Part shown: positions 38,734 to 48,134 of the stretch, piece by piece
How positions within the stretch are numbered: the stretch's first letter is position 1
How the letters are laid out: the number at the start of each line of letters is the position of its first letter
Virus record (IMG/VR): IMGVR_UViG_3300024239_000354
Source of the DNA: an uncultured virus (IMG/VR IMGVR_UViG_3300024239_000354)
Lineage: Duplodnaviria; Heunggongvirae; Uroviricota; Caudoviricetes
DNA: 64,000 nt
Strand: one strand, 5' to 3'
Translations under genes and position numbers: made by a program
The notes under the pieces: model-generated
Databases searched by the model: none
Seen by the model: only the letters and a program-made list of their open reading frames with translations
What the model was told of the DNA's origin: nothing

Positions 38734-39746
38734 TTATTTGACGCTTTCATTGCTTTGTACCGCGCCGCAATGTCTTCCAGGGTTGCTTCGATCTGTTGAA
38801 GATCAGTCATACCCTTAAGCTTGGCGAATTCTGCAACCATGTAGTCCAGAGTATCAGCGTCTTCCGAGAAAGTGACTGTTGGACCCATCGACACGCGCTT
38901 GTACTTCTGATAGATGCCGTTGATCGACCACGCCCCCTGGCGCATCAATGTCATGCGATAGACAAGCAAACGCAGATCACCACCGAGCGGCATGTTGTAG
39001 AAATCGTTGTCCTGGCGTTTCATCCCAAGCTCTTTTTCGAACGCCAGGATGAAATCGCGTTTAGCCACTTTGCGCTGTTCGGTGTTCGACACCATCTTCA
39101 ACAACTTGGCACGCGGGAACATCAACGACGGATCGGTGAATGCAGTAGCATCTTGTGTGAACTCATAGTCACGTTGTTTCATCTTGAATTTACGCAGGTT
39201 ATGTAATACCGAAGTATTGACATATGTAGGGAGAGTCATACCCGCTAGACCGAGGTAGTTCTTATTCACGTCCACGCCTTGGGTAGAGACTTGGTAGCGA
39301 ATATCGATCATCGTCTTCTTGTCATCTGACGTAAACTCGGCAGTAATATTGGCATAGCCATAGTAACTGGTTGTCGTAAGTTTGGACTTAACGTCGTAGG
39401 TGAAAGTCTTACCAATGGTCTTCTCGAAATATGCTTTGAACACCTCTGGGTCAAACTTGGTCTGAAGGTCAGCGAGAACCACCTTGGCAATCTGCTCGTG
39501 TTTCTGTTTATGATCATCCCAATCGAAACGTTGCCCCGATGCAGATGCCGAACGGTTCTTCAGGACTTCGTGGGCAGCATTGACCTGAAGCATTGCTTCA
39601 TTACTACCACCGGCATCAGGGTGATTAGTCAGGCTGGCCTTGCGATATGCGCGTTTGAGCGCATCAGCATCACCTAACTCATCTTTAGTCAACCCAAGAA
39701 CCTTAAGCGCATCACCAACGCTCATCGCAACTTCAAAAATCTTCAT
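38730..39746 (-). CDS. DnaJ (J-domain) protein with short leader
   Basis: MKIFE; ALKVLGL..LKRAYRK..NHPDAGG..VNAAHEVL; TAAATA at 39776-39781. Confidence 0.85.
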   Translation of the reverse strand: MKIFEVAMSVGDALKVLGLTKDELGDADALKRAYRKASLTNHPDAGGSNEAMLQVNAAHEVLKNRSASASGQRFDWDDHKQKHEQIAKVVLADLQTKFDPEVFKAYFEKTIGKTFTYDVKSKLTTTSYYGYANITAEFTSDDKKTMIDIRYQVSTQGVDVNKNYLGLAGMTLPTYVNTSVLHNLRKFKMKQRDYEFTQDATAFTDPSLMFPRAKLLKMVSNTEQRKVAKRDFILAFEKELGMKRQDNDFYNMPLGGDLRLLVYRMTLMRQGAWSINGIYQKYKRVSMGPTVTFSEDADTLDYMVAEFAKLKGMTDLQQIEATLEDIAARYKAMKASNK

Positions 39747-39814
39747 GGAATCCCTCGTGATCCGCCGGTTTTCTGTATTTATTCACTTCAATGGAATTAC
39801 TTTTGTCCGTGCCA

Positions 39815-39843
39815 TTGACAATTGAAGATTGTTCTGTTATACT
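39815..39843 (+). promoter_or_regulatory. sigma70-like promoter
   Basis: TTGACA-17-TATACT. Confidence 0.7.
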
Positions 39844-39869
39844 TAGTCAAATCTTGCGAGGAACGTGCC

Positions 39870-40418
39870 ATGACCAGCCTCAATGCTAAGCGCACTTCTG
39901 TCTCCGAAAACGGCGACGTGCATTACACCATCTACGCTGATGGCGTAATGGTGGGTCGTGCTTACTATGACGCTACCGCCAATAAGGCGCGTGCGGGCTG
40001 GTCTGGTTTGCTCACCGAAGAATTCGATACCATGACGGCGGCGCTGGCGCACTTCCGTACCGTGTACGAAGCCGATCCGGTTGTGTTCCGTGATAGTTTC
40101 ATCACCTACCACAAGAGCGGTATTGCTCGCCGGGATATTGGTGATTCGATCCGCTGGGAAATGGTCACCTTCCGCTACAGCGTCAACGGCACGTATGCCA
40201 TTCCCGAAGGGTGTAAGGGCTACGAAAAGAAGTTCTGCCATTCGGTCAATTTGTCAGGCGATCTACCGTTGATGGTGTTTGCGCCGAAATACGGCGAAGT
40301 GCCCGGCTTCTACGTCGCGGAATGCCCGATGTTGTTGTTGGAAGATGGCGGCAAGATCATCGAACGCGAATTGTATTACAACAGCCGCGTGGATGAAACA
40401 ATCAAGGCAGCCGCCTAA
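39870..40418 (+). CDS. hypothetical protein
   Basis: GAGG RBS before ATG 39870. Confidence 0.75.
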   Translation: MTSLNAKRTSVSENGDVHYTIYADGVMVGRAYYDATANKARAGWSGLLTEEFDTMTAALAHFRTVYEADPVVFRDSFITYHKSGIARRDIGDSIRWEMVTFRYSVNGTYAIPEGCKGYEKKFCHSVNLSGDLPLMVFAPKYGEVPGFYVAECPMLLLEDGGKIIERELYYNSRVDETIKAAA

Positions 40419-40747
40419 ATTTGATATTGTCATCAGATGTCGATGCTACAGTATTCTCGTAAAACTTCCCACAATCAGAAAATTTGATCGTGAGGGTTTC
40501 CGCTCTGAAACGGCATTTGAGACGCGATGCGCTCAATGCCACAGGGCACGCGCATGCTGGATCGTCGCACCTACCCCGAGTTCATGGTACTGCGATTTGC
40601 CCATGGGTCGATTACCATGAACATGGAAACGGGCGTTGCGGTCATGGTGGACCCTGCCGGTACGGCAACATCGAAGGTGAAATCTTCGAAGTGATGTATC
40701 GCAACTTACCAAATGGACACGTAGTATCGTCTACGTGCCTTACTGGC

Positions 40748-41704
40748 TTACCGTTGCGCCCATTGGGGGATCGGCGTACCTTTACGGTCGGGGTAGTCCA
40801 TCCGAAACTTGCGGGTGCTGGTTTCCACTTCCATATAACCATGCTCGGAGATCGACCGGGCATCCCGCGCCATACCACTCACCAGCCTCAACATCGCGAC
40901 ATACATTTCGCCGTAAGAGTTGTACCGGTCGTGCGAGCGGCTATTGATGTAGGCATACCAGTAGCCGTCCTCGCGGAACTCCACATAATGCGGGGTCACG
41001 TCATCGGATAACCCGCCCGCTGCGAAATACAGCTTGTCACCGTAGCGATGGGGCGGATGGTAGCCGAAATTCGGCACTCCCATCAATTCATGGCGCTCCC
41101 AATCGCCGCCATTCTGAATGCGCTCCATGTGCATATGGAGCGGGCGAAACTTGAAATAGCGAACGTAGGTGGTTTCCGTCATCCGTTCGATGAATTGACG
41201 ACGAAGTTCCTCCTGACGCTCGGGGGAATTCCATGCTTCTTTGTATACCGGACGACGCGGTACAGCTTGCACGGGTTGACTCGTCACCGGCTTAGGCGTC
41301 TCAACGCGCTTCGGCTCCACCACATTCGGGACTTGGAATTTACACGGGTACTGCGCCAACGCGCGATCAGCGTCACGCATCAGATCAAATTTCTCACTGA
41401 TGATAACAATGTTCGTGTCGGGCTGGTGATCCTTAAGGATGCGGCGCACCGAGCGCACGGCTTCCTTGGTCACTGCCTCACGGTCGAACGACACGTCAAA
41501 GCCACAATTATTATTGGCGAAAGTGATACGCGCCCACCCACGATCTTCTGCTTCGTAGTCAGCACGCTTCATATGACCGATGAATTCATCACCATGTAGA
41601 TGCGTGGCAATCCACGAGGCGTGGGCTTGCCATTCGGTCATGGCGTGAATAGTACCATCCGGCTCAATCCAATAACCATTTTCGCTGAACTTGTAGTCCA
41701 CCAT
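40748..41704 (-). CDS. hypothetical protein with N-terminal domain B and no leader
   Basis: GGAG RBS; GYWIEPDG..H..GWARI. Confidence 0.75.
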   Translation of the reverse strand: MVDYKFSENGYWIEPDGTIHAMTEWQAHASWIATHLHGDEFIGHMKRADYEAEDRGWARITFANNNCGFDVSFDREAVTKEAVRSVRRILKDHQPDTNIVIISEKFDLMRDADRALAQYPCKFQVPNVVEPKRVETPKPVTSQPVQAVPRRPVYKEAWNSPERQEELRRQFIERMTETTYVRYFKFRPLHMHMERIQNGGDWERHELMGVPNFGYHPPHRYGDKLYFAAGGLSDDVTPHYVEFREDGYWYAYINSRSHDRYNSYGEMYVAMLRLVSGMARDARSISEHGYMEVETSTRKFRMDYPDRKGTPIPQWAQR

Positions 41705-41726
41705 GACGTTTCTCCGCACAAAAATA

Positions 41727-41756
41727 ATTATACACGCGGAAATAAGTAATTGTCAA
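41727..41756 (-). promoter_or_regulatory. consensus sigma70 promoter
   Basis: TTGACA-18-TATAAT on the minus strand. Confidence 0.75.
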
Positions 41757-41836
41757 GTCCGTTCCTTGATGTACTTCAACCACCATTTGCGGTGGGTTGG
41801 GCGCATATTTTTTACCGGAAAGCGCATCGTCCATGG

Positions 41837-42511
41837 TTACGACCATTCGTACCGCACCCGGCGGGCTTGTGATGGATCGAAGATCACCAGGGTTTCCGTG
41901 GTCCGTCCCATGGCACCTTCGTCGCTGACCACGTTCAATCCATCATGTCCGTGATCACGGATAAAAGCGGTAGCGATTTTTCGCGCAAGCGGGGCGACCT
42001 TGTGGCAAATGTGGTCATAATAATCCGCGAGTTTCTGCATGTGTTCTTGCTCAGCGTCCCACCAATTACCTTGTCGAGTAATAATGGTTTGCTCGAACTC
42101 AGTCAGAGCCGCATGTAAGCGTTTGTATCTGGTGTCCTGGCAGAGATACGCGACCAGTTCTTTACGGGTATCCACTACCAACGGGTTTTTGATTGAAAGC
42201 ACGAACGGTAGCTGGGCGGTTGCTTGCTGACCCAACCGAATTTGCTCATTACTCGGTTTGAAAAACACCCCGATGGGCATTTCAAAATCTGCCGCCGCTG
42301 CTACTGCACGATTCAACTCAAATCCATGTGCATCAATAGAATCGACGTTCTCTGGTTTGGTCTGGTGGTAGACCACACGCGGGTTGCCCTGCTCATCGAC
42401 AATTTTGCTATCGGCAAACCAAACCTTGAAAGCATCGTCCATAACCAAACCGTTTTTGTGAATAACGGACGCTTCGATTAAATCTATGATGCGGCGAATA
42501 TCGGTGGTCAT
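41837..42511 (-). CDS. leader-bearing polyvalent-type ART-like protein
   Basis: MTTDIRRIIDLIE; FKVWF..SKIVD..G.P.VVYHQT, GHDG, VIFDP. Confidence 0.78.
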   Translation of the reverse strand: MTTDIRRIIDLIEASVIHKNGLVMDDAFKVWFADSKIVDEQGNPRVVYHQTKPENVDSIDAHGFELNRAVAAAADFEMPIGVFFKPSNEQIRLGQQATAQLPFVLSIKNPLVVDTRKELVAYLCQDTRYKRLHAALTEFEQTIITRQGNWWDAEQEHMQKLADYYDHICHKVAPLARKIATAFIRDHGHDGLNVVSDEGAMGRTTETLVIFDPSQARRVRYEWS

Positions 42512-43059
42512 GACGGGATAATTCCCTTGCGGGCAAAATCTTCCATTGCCATGGCATCAAGGGTGATATGTCGCCGCTCGCCAAAATCAATCTCCACGTA
42601 TTCGATGGCGGGCCAACGGCGCATGATTGCTGCAACTGCACGACGACAACCCTCTTTCGAACCTTGTAGATAGATACCGCCTTCGTGCCGAATTTGTCCG
42701 CGTTCATGGTAATCCATCAGGTCGATGATATGACCGCCCCGTACCCAACCTTGCTCAATGGCGTGCTTGGTAACACGGTCGTCATTATCGGCATCTTCCT
42801 CTGTCCATGCATCTTCATCTTCATCCGGATCACCGAAATAATTCGGGCTACCATCAACATAGGGGTTGCTTTTGATACGATCATATTCCAGACCAAGCCG
42901 CTGGTAATCCTGCGCCGCAACCTTGACGTGGTGAGTGTCGATATCATGGGTGATGAACTCGCCGGTCTTTGGGTTGAACCAGAACTTCATTTCGTCCGGA
43001 TCGTGGTGATCCATGGCACTTTCAACAAGCTTCATGTGTTTGCGGATTTGGTCAATCAT
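42508..43059 (-). CDS. leader-bearing protein, domain B
   Basis: MIDQIRKHMKLVE; GAGG RBS; FWFNP..H..GWVRG. Confidence 0.78.
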   Translation of the reverse strand: MIDQIRKHMKLVESAMDHHDPDEMKFWFNPKTGEFITHDIDTHHVKVAAQDYQRLGLEYDRIKSNPYVDGSPNYFGDPDEDEDAWTEEDADNDDRVTKHAIEQGWVRGGHIIDLMDYHERGQIRHEGGIYLQGSKEGCRRAVAAIMRRWPAIEYVEIDFGERRHITLDAMAMEDFARKGIIPS

Positions 43060-43172
43060 TTGATACCTCTCCATTGGTTGTCAATACCTGCCCGATGCGT
43101 GGTACACCGGCTGACCACCAAACTGGTCAAAGCTTTCCACAAGAGTAATGATATGACGGGTGTCCTCTGCCA

Positions 43173-44819
43173 TTATTCGTCCCCTATCCGCAACCGAATA
43201 TTACCAAATAGGCGTTTCATAATCGGATGTTGTTCGGCAAACGCCTTCTGGTATCGAAACACATCGCCGGGATCAGTCTCGTCGTCGTCCGCCCAATCAA
43301 TGTTAACGCGAATGATGAAAGGTCCAGTAGCGTCAATATGAAGGTTAACGCAATCAAAGATACCTTGTCTCTCCCGCTCCCCACGCATCAGCTTGCATGC
43401 ATAATCCTCAGGACGAATGTATTCCGCCGGAAAATCATGGTGGGCAAATGCCCCAGCATCCCACACATACAAATTCGTCGCCAATAATCCACGCAACTCA
43501 TGGAACTTAGCTTCCTTTATCAACTTCGCCAATTCTTGGCGGGACGGATTGATATGGATATGACACGGATCATCGGTACCATATCCATGACTACCAACCC
43601 ATGCTTCAGTTACTACCTTGATATTGAGTAGTCCACGCACCAAGGCATGAAGGTTTTCATCCTCCATCCCGTTCGGGGCTACCCACGTACCATCGTTGTT
43701 GTCAATGCGAATGATTTTGGCGGGGTCAACATCCGGTCCCCAGAAAATTACCTCTTCGTCCTCATCACCGCTGTGATAGGTATGGACACCGTTCGCTTGG
43801 AACAGCAGGGCGGTACTGCCGTAAAAATCATCGGCGCCCCATACCCATGTCTCGAAACTATCGGCAAGAAATGCGAAATTGAAACCACCCACGGAACGTT
43901 CACTCCCAAAAGTCGCATAAAGGTCGTGCGGGTCTGGACTTTCGGTACCAAGAAAACCATTTTCAAGAATGGAATCTGCATTGTCGGTAAAATGGATCAA
44001 CCATGCATTTTCAAGCGGACGGGGACGAACCATGTGCAGCCCCATGTTGTATCGGTTGGAGTTTGGAACCCCTGACCGGGTTGCCATAAATTCAACCCAC
44101 AAACCATCTGGTACTTTGAACAAAACATCACGGGTTAATTTTTGTCGAACAATCTGTTCTTTCTCAGTATCCGGAAGATACCAGAATTTATTAGGATTTT
44201 CATATCCAATGAAGTGTGCAAAACGCATGGCATGCTTTGCATCAGCTTGAATTACCCAATCTTGGAATTGCTTAAGTAACACGGGATTGCGAATAGTCAG
44301 TTGATGATCATGAGGATTGTGCTGATAGAGGCGTGAGAATGCATCACGGTTCTCATGTACCGGCTTCCTAATACCAAAATGCTCGGGGAAATGATCGAGG
44401 ATCGCCTCTGCCCATCCGAAATAGCCTTCTGGTCCGTCGTTGGTGATTTCGACCGGGTTACACGGACGTATTTTTCCTTTGCGCACGCTGTACTTGGTAC
44501 GCGCCCAATCTCCCGGATGTACCCCATTGATGTCTACCGCGCATCCCTGTGGGTTAATACAAAAAGAATGACCCCACTCCTCATTTTCTTCTTCTACAAA
44601 AATCGGCCAACCGGTGCGCTTATGAAGGGCTAGGGCAAATTGCCCACATCCACCTGTAGTGAATTCAGTGCGAACAAAATAGTCAATTCCGCGTCCTGGG
44701 TTCCACGGACCCTGGAAATCGGGATGATCCTCTTGCCATGCCATATCCCGGTGGAGTTCCCATGGCTCTTTTTGAACACTTTCGATAAGATTGATAATGT
44801 GGCGAATGTCGGAAGTCAT
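43173..44819 (-). CDS. leader-bearing three-domain protein (Cys-His-Asp, ART-like, domain A)
   Basis: MTSDIRHIINLIE; GGCGQFALAL..GHS..VDING; LIHFT..GF..FAF..EEVIF; INPS..LRGL..VWDA..H. Confidence 0.78.
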   Translation of the reverse strand: MTSDIRHIINLIESVQKEPWELHRDMAWQEDHPDFQGPWNPGRGIDYFVRTEFTTGGCGQFALALHKRTGWPIFVEEENEEWGHSFCINPQGCAVDINGVHPGDWARTKYSVRKGKIRPCNPVEITNDGPEGYFGWAEAILDHFPEHFGIRKPVHENRDAFSRLYQHNPHDHQLTIRNPVLLKQFQDWVIQADAKHAMRFAHFIGYENPNKFWYLPDTEKEQIVRQKLTRDVLFKVPDGLWVEFMATRSGVPNSNRYNMGLHMVRPRPLENAWLIHFTDNADSILENGFLGTESPDPHDLYATFGSERSVGGFNFAFLADSFETWVWGADDFYGSTALLFQANGVHTYHSGDEDEEVIFWGPDVDPAKIIRIDNNDGTWVAPNGMEDENLHALVRGLLNIKVVTEAWVGSHGYGTDDPCHIHINPSRQELAKLIKEAKFHELRGLLATNLYVWDAGAFAHHDFPAEYIRPEDYACKLMRGERERQGIFDCVNLHIDATGPFIIRVNIDWADDDETDPGDVFRYQKAFAEQHPIMKRLFGNIRLRIGDE

Positions 44820-46165
44820 GGCGTTGCCTTTCGTTTTGACATCAACCATGACACCGCTTTACGCACACAATTCCCATCTTCACTATAATATTCGGCAATA
44901 CTTGAAGACCCACGCCCAGATTCTAATGTTATTCCATCGATAAGGTAAGTGTCGTCAAGATAATTGCACAAATCACTAAAATTGGTGATTGTTGTCATTG
45001 CGAGCGATGCAAACGGAGATATTTCCACATATAACCATAGTGGGTCTCGGTCTATACTTCGTTTGGCACAAGTAATACGTATCCATCCATCTTCCAATGC
45101 CGCAACCGTACCACGCAATGTATGTGATGCATGATCTTGGCGTCCAATCACCGGGATTTGCTCACCCCATGCGGTGATCCAAAATCCATATGGTAATTGC
45201 TCTTTCGGTTTTTTCATGGGGGCATCATCGTACCAATCATCGTCGTCAATACTTTCAATACTTTCCCCCACCCAATTCTTCTCACACCGCCGGGCATATT
45301 TGTTATAACGACGCCCATCCCAATGGTTGTGCATCCCCTTAAATTCCTTGGTGATTCGTTTTAGTTCTGCGAATATTTTATCTTCGTCATCAGTAACAAA
45401 GACATCACCGGTAGCAAATTCATAATGGACTTTGTTGGGGTCTATCCGCCCCCGAATATCATAGTAACGATCACCCACGTTCACACCAACATGTGCCCAA
45501 CTATTCCATGGATCGTCGTCGGCATCATGGAACAACACCAACTTGGCCGCGATGCCACGAGACTTTAAATGCCGGAACAGTGCGAGCGCGAACGTTCCAC
45601 AAAGCCCTGTTGTGGCAATGTCTTCATCATCTTTGGTGTATTTGGAATTTTTGATCAGTTCATCTATAGGATCACGGGTCTCTATATCTTCGTTAACAGC
45701 ACGGGCACGCGCATACGGCGGGTTTTTAGATAGGAGGCGCACTGCTTTGGACGGATTATGCATCAGTTCCTCTGTCCCCTCATGGTCGAGGTACCCTTGC
45801 CTACCGCCGAAATCGGCACTGGTGGTAGTGATTTCATCCAAATTGACGATGTTCTGGTCAACGAGGATGCGCAATGCTCGCCCGGCAATACTGGCACTCT
45901 TCCCGTTGAGAACAAGTTGGGTATAGAAAAGAAGAACTCGCACCCAACCATCATCAATTGCCATATAATTAAGATCACGAATATCATCAAGAGTGAAGGG
46001 GTCAAAATCGTACCCAAATTCTTCGGGGTGATTAAGAATATACTCGTGATGCTCGGTATCTACCCGAATGACTTTTTCGGTTGCCGGATGAATCCATAAC
46101 CCATGACCCAAATCTCGGGGGCGCATTTCAAGCAAATTAATGTAATATCGTAAATCTTCAGTCAT
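44816..46165 (-). CDS. leader-bearing three-domain protein (B, Cys-His-Asp, B)
   Basis: MTEDLRYYINLLE; LWIHP..GWVRV; GLCGTFALAL..AHV..YDIRG; GFWIT..GWIRI; TAAATA at 46189-46194. Confidence 0.78.
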   Translation of the reverse strand: MTEDLRYYINLLEMRPRDLGHGLWIHPATEKVIRVDTEHHEYILNHPEEFGYDFDPFTLDDIRDLNYMAIDDGWVRVLLFYTQLVLNGKSASIAGRALRILVDQNIVNLDEITTTSADFGGRQGYLDHEGTEELMHNPSKAVRLLSKNPPYARARAVNEDIETRDPIDELIKNSKYTKDDEDIATTGLCGTFALALFRHLKSRGIAAKLVLFHDADDDPWNSWAHVGVNVGDRYYDIRGRIDPNKVHYEFATGDVFVTDDEDKIFAELKRITKEFKGMHNHWDGRRYNKYARRCEKNWVGESIESIDDDDWYDDAPMKKPKEQLPYGFWITAWGEQIPVIGRQDHASHTLRGTVAALEDGWIRITCAKRSIDRDPLWLYVEISPFASLAMTTITNFSDLCNYLDDTYLIDGITLESGRGSSSIAEYYSEDGNCVRKAVSWLMSKRKATP

Positions 46166-46204
46166 TATGACCCCGCATTGTGACGAAATATTTAGCCCAG
46201 CGCC

Positions 46205-46233
46205 TTGACAATCAGTATCACAAACTATACAAT
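46205..46233 (+). promoter_or_regulatory. sigma70-like promoter
   Basis: TTGACA-17-TACAAT. Confidence 0.7.
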
Positions 46234-46260
46234 TGAATTTCCAAGCGAATGGAGCGGATC

Positions 46261-46440
46261 ATGTGCGATTGCTATCGTATTGGTGGACCCTTTATTGGGG
46301 AAGACCCAAACTGCCCGATCCATGGTATTCGGTCGCACGGTCGTGAAGAACGCCTTGATGAAATTCTTCGTCGGGTGCAAGTGGGCGAAATCACCATCGA
46401 AAGTGCCGTTGAAGAAATCCTGTCGGAATTTCAGGGGTAA
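46261..46440 (+). CDS. small hypothetical protein
   Basis: GGAG RBS; CDC..CPIHG. Confidence 0.7.
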   Translation: MCDCYRIGGPFIGEDPNCPIHGIRSHGREERLDEILRRVQVGEITIESAVEEILSEFQG

Positions 46441-46445
46441 TTGTT

Positions 46446-46682
46446 GTGACCGACGATCAACCCAAGATCACCCTTGACCAACTTATCGGGCTGAACATGT
46501 TCACCGATATGGTGTTTCATGGCAAGCGAGTGCGCTGGGAGGCTCTTGCTGATGACATGCCTGCTGATTTGATCGATGCATGGAAAGCCCATGTCGAAGC
46601 GGCGGCAGCAACTAGGGTGGCGCGGGAAAAGCTGGGTGAAGTGGCGAAGAAATACGGCATCGAGCCGTCGCCGTTGTCGTGA
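46446..46682 (+). CDS. hypothetical protein
   Basis: Operon packing. Confidence 0.7.
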   Translation: MTDDQPKITLDQLIGLNMFTDMVFHGKRVRWEALADDMPADLIDAWKAHVEAAAATRVAREKLGEVAKKYGIEPSPLS

Positions 46683-46692
46683 GAAAGCAGCC

Positions 46693-47172
46693 ATGTCGGA
46701 TATCAAAACTCCTGAAGACGTGATCGCATGGTTTACGCAGGACCGTCCCAATGGTCCACCGACCCATCGCCGTGAGGACATCGAACTGCTGGTTACCGGG
46801 ATGCTCACGCGCCCCGACCCGCTGTACCCCGACCGTGAGGAATTCCTGACGCCGGGGATGATGTGGAATCAGGTCTACAATTACGGCTACATGTACGATG
46901 GTAGCTACAGTGGTTGGATCACCCGCGAAGGGCGCATCCTGGGTGCAAGCTACGCTGCCCACGAAAAGCTGCTATATTGGCTGGGTGTCGATACCAAGGT
47001 GGCGGAAGCTGCGGGTTGGTGTCGATACAGCCGCCAGCGCGGATACCAATGCCTGTTTCGCCTATCGCTGCCGCAGAAACGCATTCTGAAAGCGCAGGGA
47101 CACATCGTGGACAGTGGTGCCGAACGCATGAAGCCGGTGTGGAACGGCAATCCGATCAAGCTGGGAGAGTAA
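46693..47172 (+). CDS. hypothetical protein with domain B-like segment and no leader
   Basis: GWITREG..AHE..GWCR. Confidence 0.7.
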   Translation: MSDIKTPEDVIAWFTQDRPNGPPTHRREDIELLVTGMLTRPDPLYPDREEFLTPGMMWNQVYNYGYMYDGSYSGWITREGRILGASYAAHEKLLYWLGVDTKVAEAAGWCRYSRQRGYQCLFRLSLPQKRILKAQGHIVDSGAERMKPVWNGNPIKLGE

Positions 47173-47174
47173 TC

Positions 47175-47570
47175 ATGGGTTTCCATGTCATGACCGTTCG
47201 TGGTTTCGTCCAACATCAGGGCAAATTACCTAATGGATTGGATGGCACAGACATCGAGGTGTTTTTCAGCACTGAATGGTGGGAAGAGTTCTGCCAGAAG
47301 TTTGGCAGCCTGTCACCGGAACTGGGTGTCTACCTGAACAAGCTTGGCTTGTCGTGGGTCGAATGCGCAGTGCAATCGCCGGTTCACCCGACCTATCATG
47401 ATCGTCGGGGGCATTCGGTGTTTGTGCGGTTGACGGCAGAAGAATGCCGGGAGGTATTTCGTCTCCTGACCGAACTCAGCGAGGGCGGTCAGCTTAAAGT
47501 GGTGGATTTCTGGCAGTTCACCGCGATGGTCTGCCACGGGATCATCGAAGAAGGTTTGACCGTCATCTAA
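47175..47570 (+). CDS. hypothetical protein
   Basis: GGAG RBS before ATG 47175. Confidence 0.7.
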   Translation: MGFHVMTVRGFVQHQGKLPNGLDGTDIEVFFSTEWWEEFCQKFGSLSPELGVYLNKLGLSWVECAVQSPVHPTYHDRRGHSVFVRLTAEECREVFRLLTELSEGGQLKVVDFWQFTAMVCHGIIEEGLTVI

Positions 47571-47582
47571 AGGAAATATGCC

Positions 47583-47882
47583 ATGAAGCTCGTCTATGTG
47601 ATCACCGTCAAAAGGACCGAGCCGGGCGAACCGGACGACTCGCAAGACGAATTGTTGTTCACGAAGATCGTTCCCGATCTGACGGATGCCTCCATCGACC
47701 TGATCAATTCGGCAATCAGCAAGCGGGTCAACACCTTGCCCAAGCATTTTGGTTTCGATTCCACCCGAAACCACGGTTGGTTCAAGTACGCGCATGTGAA
47801 CATCTACTTCATCGCCCGCCCGGCGTTGGAAATCGATGGCAGATACTATAAGCTCGAAGAGCTTAAGTTGAAAGAGGGCTGA
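47583..47882 (+). CDS. hypothetical protein
   Basis: AAGGA RBS. Confidence 0.7.
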   Translation: MKLVYVITVKRTEPGEPDDSQDELLFTKIVPDLTDASIDLINSAISKRVNTLPKHFGFDSTRNHGWFKYAHVNIYFIARPALEIDGRYYKLEELKLKEG

Positions 47883-47885
47883 ATC

Positions 47886-48134
47886 ATGGAAGGCTCCAAG
47901 TATCCCTGGAAATTCACCCACAACATCATGGGCAGTATGTCGGTGTACGCCCTGCGGATTGGCTGGCTCGTGTTCTTCGCCTACGTCGAGGACGGCAAGG
48001 TGGGCATGCTCGAACGGGCGGGTGAAGCTGGTGGTATGGAATTCACCCCTGGCATTGCCCCCGTCGAAACCGACATTCACATCCAGCGCGTGATGGAGAA
48101 GATCACGTCGGCGTGGAGCCAGATGAACGGCTAA
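47886..48134 (+). CDS. hypothetical protein
   Basis: GAGG RBS. Confidence 0.7.
   Translation: MEGSKYPWKFTHNIMGSMSVYALRIGWLVFFAYVEDGKVGMLERAGEAGGMEFTPGIAPVETDIHIQRVMEKITSAWSQMNG

Noticed and set aside
34514..39746. Recurrent ~35-nt leader DNA as a CRISPR array or integron attC sites
   Set aside because: Copies differ mainly at codon level, are separated by whole genes and are not palindromic; no cas or integrase gene is present.
40484..41011. Plus-strand ORFs downstream of 40418
   Set aside because: They largely overlap the better-supported minus-strand gene 40748..41704 and have no clear RBS or motifs.
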